Assembly: GCA_050951545.1 (NCBI GenBank)
Contig: JBMNJG010000012.1
Span: 288,001-352,000 of the forward strand
From: Limnochordia bacterium
GTDB lineage: Bacteria > Bacillota > Limnochordia > DTU080
Length of the DNA stretch: 64,000 nucleotides
Direction of reading: 5' to 3'
The stretch's first letter is position 1. Each line of letters opens with the position of its first letter. Shown here in pieces: positions 47,279-55,090 of this stretch. The notes below the pieces were generated by a model. It ran no database searches, was not told the DNA's origin, and saw only the letters and a list, made by a program, of their open reading frames with translations. The position numbers were made by a program, and so were the translations under genes.

Positions 47279-48517
47279 TTACGAACGATAGCTGGCGTTG
47301 ATCTTCACATAATCGCCCGTGAGATCGCAAGTCCAGGCAGTGGACTCCGCGTCTCCGCTATGGAAGTCGAGTGTGATGACTACAGCTTCTTTGCCCAACA
47401 CAGCCTTGGCAGCTTCCTCGTCAAAAGGCCGCGCCATGCCCTGAGCGGCTACTTGCACATCGCCCAAGAAGATATCGACTTGCGTTGGTGCAAACTCTGC
47501 GCCCGAGTAACCAGCCGCACAGAAAATGCGGCCCCAGTTGGCGTCTTGTCCATAGATCGCGGTTTTCACCAGGTTGGAGGTGCTGATAGACCTCGCGATT
47601 TTGCGGGCGTCAGTTTCCGTGCGCGCACCCTTGACATGGATCTCGATCAGTTTAGTGGCGCCTTCGCCGTCCCTAGCGATCATCTTGGTTAATTCCACAC
47701 AGACATGGGTCAAACCCTCTTCGAAAACGGCAAGATCCGCCTCTGATGTGACAGAAACACCTGAGGTTCCGTTGGCCAGAGCAACAACCATGTCATTCGT
47801 GCTGGTGTCTCCGTCCACAGACAGCATGTTGAAGCTCTTGTCAGCAGCGCGGCGCAACAGTGTTTGCAGAGCTTCATGACCCAGCTCCGCATCGGTGGTG
47901 ATGTAGGTCAGCATGGTCGCCATGTTAGGATGGATCATGCCCGAACCCTTAGCCATCCCGCCGATGTACACGCTGCCCCCACCAAGCCTTAGCTTCAGGG
48001 CGATTTCCTTGGGATTGGTATCAGTTGTCAAGATGGCCAAGGCGGCTTCGGCTCCACCATCGACAGAAAGAGCCTCTGCAGCCATCTCGATTCCTGTTTC
48101 TACCTTATCCATGTCGAGCGGCTGGCCGATGACCCCCGTGCTGCCAACAACCACCTGTTCAGGCAGGAGGTTGCAGAACTTGGCCGCGACATGGGCCATA
48201 CGGGTCGCATCGGCGATGCCCTGGGGGCCGTTGCATGTGTTAGCGTTGCCGCTGTTGACCACCACTGCTTGGGCGACCCCGTTTTTCACTACTTCCTGAG
48301 TCCACACCAGGGGGGCTCCTTTGACCAGGTTGGTTGTAAACAAACCAGCACACGTGGCTGGCGCGGCGCTGACGATGAGCGCCATATCGTGCTTAGACCT
48401 CTTCAGCCCACAATGTACCCCTGCTGCTCGATAGCCTCGTGGTGTAGTCACTCCTCCAGTCGGTATCACTTCATGGACTCCAGTCGTTGCCACGTTGTCT
48501 ACCCCGCTTTCTTCCAT
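47279..48517 (-). CDS. argJ: Ornithine acetyltransferase
   Basis: KGSGMIHPNMATML, DGDTSTND, DGEGATK, DANWGR. Confidence 0.97.
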   Translation of the reverse strand: MEESGVDNVATTGVHEVIPTGGVTTPRGYRAAGVHCGLKRSKHDMALIVSAAPATCAGLFTTNLVKGAPLVWTQEVVKNGVAQAVVVNSGNANTCNGPQGIADATRMAHVAAKFCNLLPEQVVVGSTGVIGQPLDMDKVETGIEMAAEALSVDGGAEAALAILTTDTNPKEIALKLRLGGGSVYIGGMAKGSGMIHPNMATMLTYITTDAELGHEALQTLLRRAADKSFNMLSVDGDTSTNDMVVALANGTSGVSVTSEADLAVFEEGLTHVCVELTKMIARDGEGATKLIEIHVKGARTETDARKIARSISTSNLVKTAIYGQDANWGRIFCAAGYSGAEFAPTQVDIFLGDVQVAAQGMARPFDEEAAKAVLGKEAVVITLDFHSGDAESTAWTCDLTGDYVKINASYRS

Positions 48518-48530
48518 ATCCGCACCTGCT

Positions 48531-49577
48531 CTAAGGCATGAGACCTGGCGATGACAGGCCTGTGGTCTCGGGTAAACCAAAGAGCACGTTCATATTCTGC
48601 ACTGCCTGCCCGGCAGCGCCTTTGACAAGATTGTCAATGACAGCTTGGGCCAGTACGCGACCAGTACGAGCGTCACAACGTACCGAGACGTGGCTGTAGT
48701 TGCTGCCCCACACTGCCTTAGTCTGTGGCAAGCGGTCTGGGCCCAGAACAACTACGAATGGTTCGTTCTGATAGAACGCCTCATAGAGACGTGTGAGCGA
48801 ATCGTTCGTCCAGTTGTCACCGCGTAGAGTGCAGACAGCGGTCGTCAGGATGCCTCGACTCATAGGCACCAAATGCGGAGTGAAGCTGATGCGTACGTCT
48901 TTGTCGCCTGTAAGCATGGCCAGTCCTTGCTCAATTTCCGGCGTATGGCGATGTGTCGCCGTACCGTAGGCTTGTACATTCTCGGTACAGTCCGGGAAAT
49001 GGTTCATGGGTTTGGGCGTGGCCCCAGCACCCGAAACACCTGACACCGAATTGATGACGATACTCGACGTGTCGATGGCCCCTTGGCGGGCCAGTGGGGC
49101 CAGTGCCAGTAGTGCACTGGTGGGATAGCAGCCTGGGTTGGCTACGAGCCTAGCATCTGCGATAGGCTCCCGAAAAAGCTCAGGTAATCCATATACCGCT
49201 TCTGCGTTGAGCTTGGGCTGAGTATGAGGAAGCTTGTACCACTGTTCATACACCGCCAGGTCGCGAAAGCGAAAGTCAGTCCCCAAGTCAATGAGCTTCT
49301 TCCCTGCCGCAAGAGTAATCGCAGCTGGCTCCATAGCCGCTCCATGAGGTACGGCGGTGAAGACCACATCGCAACGCTCTGCCATGTCCGCAAGGTCCAG
49401 AGGTTCGTAGCTCCATTGGGCCCAGCCCGCCAAAGACGGCTGGTGCATGGCTACCGTCTGTCCACCCAAGGTGCGCGAGGCAAGGCATTCCAGTGTCACA
49501 TGGGGGTGTTCACCCAGAAGACGTATTAGCTCATTGCCCGTGTATCCTGAGGCTCCCACGATACCAACCTTAATCAC
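48531..49577 (-). CDS. argC: N-acetyl-gamma-glutamyl-phosphate reductase
   Basis: GASGYTG, ANPGCYPT, HRHTPEI, DNLVKGAAGQA; GTG start at 49577. Confidence 0.97.
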   Translation of the reverse strand: MIKVGIVGASGYTGNELIRLLGEHPHVTLECLASRTLGGQTVAMHQPSLAGWAQWSYEPLDLADMAERCDVVFTAVPHGAAMEPAAITLAAGKKLIDLGTDFRFRDLAVYEQWYKLPHTQPKLNAEAVYGLPELFREPIADARLVANPGCYPTSALLALAPLARQGAIDTSSIVINSVSGVSGAGATPKPMNHFPDCTENVQAYGTATHRHTPEIEQGLAMLTGDKDVRISFTPHLVPMSRGILTTAVCTLRGDNWTNDSLTRLYEAFYQNEPFVVVLGPDRLPQTKAVWGSNYSHVSVRCDARTGRVLAQAVIDNLVKGAAGQAVQNMNVLFGLPETTGLSSPGLMP

Positions 49578-49646
49578 AAATTCGTCCCCCCCAATATACA
49601 TACAGCACCTGATCACCGAGAGAGCGTCAGGTGCTTGGACGCAAGC

Positions 49647-49684
49647 ATGGAATGATTATACTCCCATATGCATAACTATGCAAG
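49647..49684 (-). promoter_or_regulatory. Sigma-A promoter overlapped by tandem ARG boxes (ArgR/AhrC)
   Basis: TTGCAT-17 nt-TATAAT; palindrome TGCAT-aact-ATGCA (49669-49682) plus a degenerate second box 20 bp away. Confidence 0.8.
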
Positions 49685-49757
49685 GCGGAATCGCAAAACG
49701 TGATGCCGGGATTGTTCTGTTGTGCCAAGGCAAGCCTGTCACTGGACCTGGAAGGTA

Positions 49758-51020
49758 TCACCCAGCGGCCTGTGACTTGCCTTGCCAGCGTATCTCTGAC
49801 CCCAACTGCGCGAGGTGATCACACGGTGCGGGAAACCACGCCAGCAGCTCGTCCGCCTTCTCTATGCAACTGGTTCCATCAGCCATCAGGGCCGCGATGA
49901 TCAGGGCGGCTGCAGAGCCTGGATCTTGAGCTCGAACACGAGCGGCACCCAGTGGCGCTCCGCCTCGGATGACAGCGATCTGACCGTCACGTGTGATCTG
50001 GGCACCCATGCGTTCCAGTTCGTCAAGGTGGTGCAGACCGCTTTCGATAACGGTTTCAGAGATCACGCTGGTACCGTGGGAGCGCAACAACAAGCTGCAC
50101 ATGGCAGGCCTGAGCAACGAGGGGAAAGAGGGGTAGAAGCCTGTACGCAGGCTCACTGGCTTTGGTCGGCTACTGCCGCGTACTCGAATGCAGTCAGATG
50201 TCATCTCTACTTCCGCACCAGTTTCCTCTAGCTTTGCAGCGAGAGCCCGTAAGTGATCGCTGATCACGCCTTGCACGCAGACCTCGCCTCCAGTGGCCGC
50301 ACCCGCGATGAGGTAGAAGCCACCGGCGATGCGATCGGGGATCACCTCATGCACTCCGCCTGTCCAGGACGTTCCGCCCGCAATGGTGATCGCTTCGGTT
50401 CCGGCACCTACGATACGTGCACCCATGCGGTTAAGCAGGTTCACTGCATCCACCAACTCAGGTGCCCGTGAGGCACCGATGATCCGAGTGCGCCCGCGAG
50501 CTCTGGTGGCCGCTGTAATGGCAGTCCACGTTGCACCAAAATGAGGGATGTCGAGATATACCTCACCGCCTTGGAGCTGATGCGTTGCCACCCGTACTTG
50601 GCCAGCGTCCATCTCGATAGTCGCCCCGAGAGCTCGCAATATTTTACCATAGGGATCCAGTGGGCCCGATCCTACACAGGGTCTGGGCAGCGGCAGGCAG
50701 CATTCGCCTCTATGTGCTAATATTGGCCCCAGGAACAGAAGGGCTGACCACGGGAGATCGAGGGGCCCCTCCAACGAAGCCTGACAGGCACCGGGATGCA
50801 CTCTCCAGCCATCTTCTGTTTGCTCGACGGTACGGCCAAACTGCCGTAGCACATCTGCTTGGCGGGCGATGCTCCGCGTAAGCGGTAGACCCGACAACTG
50901 CACCTCATGCGTCGTGGCAGCACAGGCCGCGAGCAAAGCGAGACCCGCTCCACAACTGCCAGTTATGGCGAGTTCACCCCGCAACGTCGTCCCGCCGCAT
51001 ACGTGCAGAACACTAGACAT
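49758..51020 (-). CDS. MurA-like enolpyruvyl transferase fold protein, catalytic residues degenerate
   Basis: 420 aa, colinear with MurA (LRALGA, GRTRI, PE..D..NLLNRMGARI.GAGT, VIPDRI, ELERMGA). See finding. Confidence 0.85.
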   Translation of the reverse strand: MSSVLHVCGGTTLRGELAITGSCGAGLALLAACAATTHEVQLSGLPLTRSIARQADVLRQFGRTVEQTEDGWRVHPGACQASLEGPLDLPWSALLFLGPILAHRGECCLPLPRPCVGSGPLDPYGKILRALGATIEMDAGQVRVATHQLQGGEVYLDIPHFGATWTAITAATRARGRTRIIGASRAPELVDAVNLLNRMGARIVGAGTEAITIAGGTSWTGGVHEVIPDRIAGGFYLIAGAATGGEVCVQGVISDHLRALAAKLEETGAEVEMTSDCIRVRGSSRPKPVSLRTGFYPSFPSLLRPAMCSLLLRSHGTSVISETVIESGLHHLDELERMGAQITRDGQIAVIRGGAPLGAARVRAQDPGSAAALIIAALMADGTSCIEKADELLAWFPAPCDHLAQLGSEIRWQGKSQAAG

Positions 51021-51051
51021 GCCAGCTCCCCCCCCATTGTCACCACATAGC

Positions 51052-51651
51052 TCAGTTATGTCTTCTGGCCGCATAGACCCGGTAACCACTGGCCCGAGCC
51101 ACATCCTCTACGTTGCCGAAAATGCGCTCTGCATCTGTGGCGAGCCTCTTGGCTCCCTGCTGCGTACGGGCCACAAAGGCGAAGAGTCCGCCCTGACGCA
51201 ATCGTTGTCGGGCACCTTCAAATAATTCCAACAGAATCGGCCGGCCAGCACGGATCGGTGGGTTGGTTGTGATTAGGTCAAAGAAGAGATCGCGATCGGC
51301 TGGGAAGGCACCACTATGTACTACGACATTTGTGACGCTGTTTCGTGCGGCGTTCTCACGACTCAGCGCGACAGCACGTTCATTGACATCACTCATGTGT
51401 ACTGTACAGCTTGGACAGCGCGCCGCATAGAACAGGCCGATGGGCCCGTAACCACAGCCGATATCAAGAACATGACCTCCGCTGGGAGACGGTATGTGTG
51501 ACAGCAGCAACAGTGTCCCCGTGTCTATGGCATGGCGCGAAAACACTCCGGAATCTGAACTGAGAGCCAGACTCACGCCATGGAGTTCTAGCCTGAGCTC
51601 ATGCCGGCGATGCGCCGCCTTAGGCTGTTTGGAGTAGTAATGATCGTGCAC
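51052..51651 (-). CDS. Class I SAM methyltransferase (RsmC/YbxB-like)
   Basis: HYYS, GVFS...IDTGT, LDIGCGYG, TNPPIRAG, GYRV. Confidence 0.9.
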   Translation of the reverse strand: MHDHYYSKQPKAAHRRHELRLELHGVSLALSSDSGVFSRHAIDTGTLLLLSHIPSPSGGHVLDIGCGYGPIGLFYAARCPSCTVHMSDVNERAVALSRENAARNSVTNVVVHSGAFPADRDLFFDLITTNPPIRAGRPILLELFEGARQRLRQGGLFAFVARTQQGAKRLATDAERIFGNVEDVARASGYRVYAARRHN

Positions 51652-51669
51652 AATGAGACCTCCACGCGC

Positions 51670-52641
51670 TCAGCTGTCGCTGCCTACTGCCTTCTTCAGC
51701 CATCCTCGATCACCAGGGAACAAGAAAGTCACATCAAGAAGCCTGCACACATCCTCCAGGTCCCTTGCATTATGTGTAAGAATGGGAAGCAGCAGCTCGG
51801 GACGCTGGTCTTGCACATAACGGTAGTATAACTCCGGTACCAGGTGGCCAGGAATATCGTCTCCTCGATCCAAGCCAAACATGTGCTGTGTCACCGTGGG
51901 CAGTCGACAGTCACCAAAGGCATCGCGCAGCTGACGAGTTTCTTGGTAGATATCGTAATGCAACAAGAACGAGGGACGAGGCATGCCGTGGAAAGCCAGA
52001 CGGGCCCCAACGAACGGCTCATCAAATGCCCGGCCGTTGTAGCTGACGATAGCCGGACGGTCGGCCAAGAACGACGAAGCCAGATGCAGAACCCCTCCCT
52101 CCTCGTCGAAGTGACGAGCCACGAACTGCCTTCTGTACCAGCGTTGACCATTTGGCCAAGCCACGCCGATCAGGAAGACAGGCAAGGCCCTAGCCAGCCC
52201 AGCGGTTTCGATGTCTATTACGGCAATCTCATGGGGCCCGAAAAACGTGAGTAGCTCGCTATCACGAGCTCCAGCGAGGCGCAGACGTGCCACGTCACGA
52301 TTCTCTATATGCGCCACGACTTGTTTTGCTCTCGGTCCCCAGCGGGGATGGTCGCAGAGATCCCTGAGATCGTTGTATCCTTGTGTCCGCAGTTGAGATG
52401 CGATGACCGGACCAATACCATAGACGAGTTGCAGACGTTGCCACAGATGCGAACTGGGGCCGGGACTAGGCGGTCTGACAGCTGCGAAAGTGGGCAGATC
52501 GATTACGTAGGCAGAGCCAACCGAAGTGGTCACTTGACGACCATTGAGAAGGTCATGCTTGGGCTGCACAGGAGTCAAACCGCCCCACGCACTCCGCAAC
52601 GCCGCCCGGCTGCCCAGACGCCTATGTAGCGACATGTGCAC
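51670..52641 (-). CDS. YprB/MrfB-like RNase_H_2 (DEDDh) exonuclease with N-terminal HhH
   Basis: LVYGIGP, DIETAGL, SYNGRAFD, DIPG, HNARD. Confidence 0.85.
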   Translation of the reverse strand: MHMSLHRRLGSRAALRSAWGGLTPVQPKHDLLNGRQVTTSVGSAYVIDLPTFAAVRPPSPGPSSHLWQRLQLVYGIGPVIASQLRTQGYNDLRDLCDHPRWGPRAKQVVAHIENRDVARLRLAGARDSELLTFFGPHEIAVIDIETAGLARALPVFLIGVAWPNGQRWYRRQFVARHFDEEGGVLHLASSFLADRPAIVSYNGRAFDEPFVGARLAFHGMPRPSFLLHYDIYQETRQLRDAFGDCRLPTVTQHMFGLDRGDDIPGHLVPELYYRYVQDQRPELLLPILTHNARDLEDVCRLLDVTFLFPGDRGWLKKAVGSDS

Positions 52642-52647
52642 GCCTCC

Positions 52648-54036
52648 CTAGACGCCTCCTGGTAGCAGTGCGGCTATGCTAGGCACCACGAAATGGGGGT
52701 AAACCTTTTCTCGCTGTATGGACGCCTCGTCAGAGGCACCACTCAACACGAGTGCCGTTTCCATGCCCGCTTTCAGGCCCATGGCGATGTCGGTCTCTAC
52801 GCGATCACCGATCATCAAGCAGTCCTCGGGACGCACACCCACCCTCTTAAGGGCTGCCTCGGCGGTGAGCGGATGCGGCTTACCGACTACGATTTCCGGA
52901 GCGACTCCTGAGGCTCCGCTAATCGCTCCGATCATGGCTGCACAGTCAGGGATCTCACCTTCCTCAACAGGACAGGTGCGATCTGCGTTGGTAGCTACGA
53001 AGCGGGCCCCTCGCTTGATACATTGGTAGGCGTTGTTTAGCTTCGCGTAATCAAACGTACGATCGAAAGCGGCGACCACCACGTCTACACGATACTCTTC
53101 TTGTGCGGGATCCTCAAGCACGCGAAAGCCTGCCTCTGCCAGTTCCTGCCGGAGAGGAGCCTCGCCTACGCAGTAGATTGACGCTGATGGTAGTTCACTG
53201 GCTAGGTATCCAGCAAGCACTGCGGAGGAGTTGATGACATCGATTGGCTGAGTGGGGATCCCTAAGCGGGTCAGTTTCTCTGCATAGTCTACACGCGTGT
53301 TGATTGGTTTGTTAGACAAAAAGACTGTGCGCGCTGTTTCACGCAAGGCGGAGATTGTCGCTGCAGCTCCCGGAATAAGGGCTGGCCCCAGGTAGACTGT
53401 ACCGTCAAGATCAAAGATATAAGCGTCATAGGAGCGGTCAGGGGCTGTCATAGTGGGCTGGCGCTGTACACCCTCTTCGGTAACTAGACATAAGAGCCTA
53501 ACGTCTTGCTTAGCTCGCGGCACGCGGCTTACACGCTGACCAGCGAAGGCGATACCAGCTACAAACGCATCAGGGCGCAGCAGTGGCAGGAATCTATCGT
53601 AGTAGCCAGCCCCATAGCCCACGCGGTAGCCGAGGGCATCGAATGCCAAACCGGGTACAGCCACGACATCGATATCACCGGGATCAACGATAGGCGCAGC
53701 ACTGCTTGGCTCAAGTATGCCAAAGGATGAGCGCACAAGCTCACTGAGATCTGTGACCAGATGGGCGTTGATGACGCCTGCTGTTGAGTCGACCCTGGGC
53801 AAAGCAAGCTGCTTCCCTGAGGAAAACACATGCCCTAGTACAGTTTCTGTTGATACTTCGCTGCGAATCGCGGAATACAGCATGACCGTGTGTGCTTCTG
53901 CTACCTCGGACAGCTTAGCGAAGTGTCTCCAGATGGCGAGGCTCTTCGCCTGACGTTCTGCGGCTGATTGCGCGTCTCGCCAAGCGGCTATTTTTGCCCG
54001 TATCTGACGCTTGGCTTGTACTACATCAGCTGTCAA
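52648..54036 (-). CDS. Fusion of 5-formyltetrahydrofolate cyclo-ligase and HAD-IIA (NagD-like) phosphatase
   Basis: N-half has FGILEP, VPGLAFD, RVGYGAGYYDRFL; C-half has DLDGT, LSN, TNAD, GKP, IGDRVETDI. Confidence 0.9.
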   Translation of the reverse strand: MTADVVQAKRQIRAKIAAWRDAQSAAERQAKSLAIWRHFAKLSEVAEAHTVMLYSAIRSEVSTETVLGHVFSSGKQLALPRVDSTAGVINAHLVTDLSELVRSSFGILEPSSAAPIVDPGDIDVVAVPGLAFDALGYRVGYGAGYYDRFLPLLRPDAFVAGIAFAGQRVSRVPRAKQDVRLLCLVTEEGVQRQPTMTAPDRSYDAYIFDLDGTVYLGPALIPGAAATISALRETARTVFLSNKPINTRVDYAEKLTRLGIPTQPIDVINSSAVLAGYLASELPSASIYCVGEAPLRQELAEAGFRVLEDPAQEEYRVDVVVAAFDRTFDYAKLNNAYQCIKRGARFVATNADRTCPVEEGEIPDCAAMIGAISGASGVAPEIVVGKPHPLTAEAALKRVGVRPEDCLMIGDRVETDIAMGLKAGMETALVLSGASDEASIQREKVYPHFVVPSIAALLPGGV

Positions 54037-54096
54037 TGCTGTCTCCTCCCCTCAAAGCCTTCTACGCTGCGGCATCGACATGAGCGCCCCTCATTA

Positions 54097-54975
54097 TCAC
54101 AACTCGTGGCGGGCCGCCGACACGCGTACTTCTGTATCTAGAGCAGCAACCGCATTGTAGGAACTGCGCACAAAGGGCCCACTTGCCACATAGCGAAACC
54201 CTAGACCTTGCGCTGCTCGATGGTATTGCTCGAAAATCGCCGGGGGCACGTACTCTACGACAGGCGTATGGTGTCGCGATGGTTGCAGGTACTGTCCAAT
54301 CGTCACGAAGTCACAGTCGACGTTACGCAGATCCTCTAGTGTGGCGATTGTCTCTTCTTCGGTTTCTCCTAAGCCCACCATGATACTAGATTTCGTATAG
54401 ATCAAGGGCGCCAGGTGCTTCGCATGCGCAAGAATGGCCAAGGAGCGATCATAGCTAAAGCGAGGTCGCATCCGACTGTGAAGGCTGCGCACGGTCTCTA
54501 CGTTATGTCCGAGAATAGCAGGCTGTGCGGCTAGTACAACTGCAAGGCAGTCGATATCGCCCGAGAAGTCAGGAATCAAGACCTCCACAGTGGTCTTGGG
54601 ACAGGCCTGCTGTATCTCACGGATGGTTGCGGCGAAATGCTCAGCCCCACCATCGGCCACATCATCGCGGGTGACTGAGGTGATGACGACATGGGCAAGA
54701 GCCAGAGTTCGCACCGCCTGCGCTACACGAGACGGCTCCTGTGCATCGAGTGGCAGAGGCCGACCGGCAGGTACATCACAGAAACCGCAATTGCGGGTAC
54801 ATACATCCCCTAGGATGAGGAAAGTAGCCGTGGAGTTGGCCCAACACTCACCCAGATTGGGGCAGTTTCCACTTTCGCAGATGGTATGTAGCCCCAGACC
54901 GCCCAGCAGTTCGCGCATGCGCTTGAGAGCTTGAGCATCTGGAAGCGGCTTTACAAGCCAGTTCGGTTTGCGCAA
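54097..54975 (-). CDS. lipA: Lipoyl synthase
   Basis: CX4CX5C, CX3CX2C, GQYLQP, RSSY. Confidence 0.97.
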   Translation of the reverse strand: MRKPNWLVKPLPDAQALKRMRELLGGLGLHTICESGNCPNLGECWANSTATFLILGDVCTRNCGFCDVPAGRPLPLDAQEPSRVAQAVRTLALAHVVITSVTRDDVADGGAEHFAATIREIQQACPKTTVEVLIPDFSGDIDCLAVVLAAQPAILGHNVETVRSLHSRMRPRFSYDRSLAILAHAKHLAPLIYTKSSIMVGLGETEEETIATLEDLRNVDCDFVTIGQYLQPSRHHTPVVEYVPPAIFEQYHRAAQGLGFRYVASGPFVRSSYNAVAALDTEVRVSAARHEL

Positions 54976-55063
54976 TGGGGGAACCTCCGTTCGTACGCAC
55001 AGGATTCGCTGTCATTGTGTGAATTACCTGCTCGTTCGTCTGCGAAATCCCTCTATCATGAGT

Positions 55064-55089
55064 CATCGACATGAGCGCCCCTCATGTCG
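55064..55089. repeat. Dispersed hairpin repeat family B (other copies at 54073-54094 and about 6733-6756)
   Basis: CATCGACATGAGCGCCCCTCAT is identical at 54073 and 55064. Confidence 0.8.
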
Positions 55090-55090
55090 T

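Noticed and set aside
54037-54096. 6S RNA upstream of the 5-formyl-THF cyclo-ligase (E. coli ssrS-ygfA synteny)
   Set aside because: The gap is only about 60 bp, far too short for 6S RNA.
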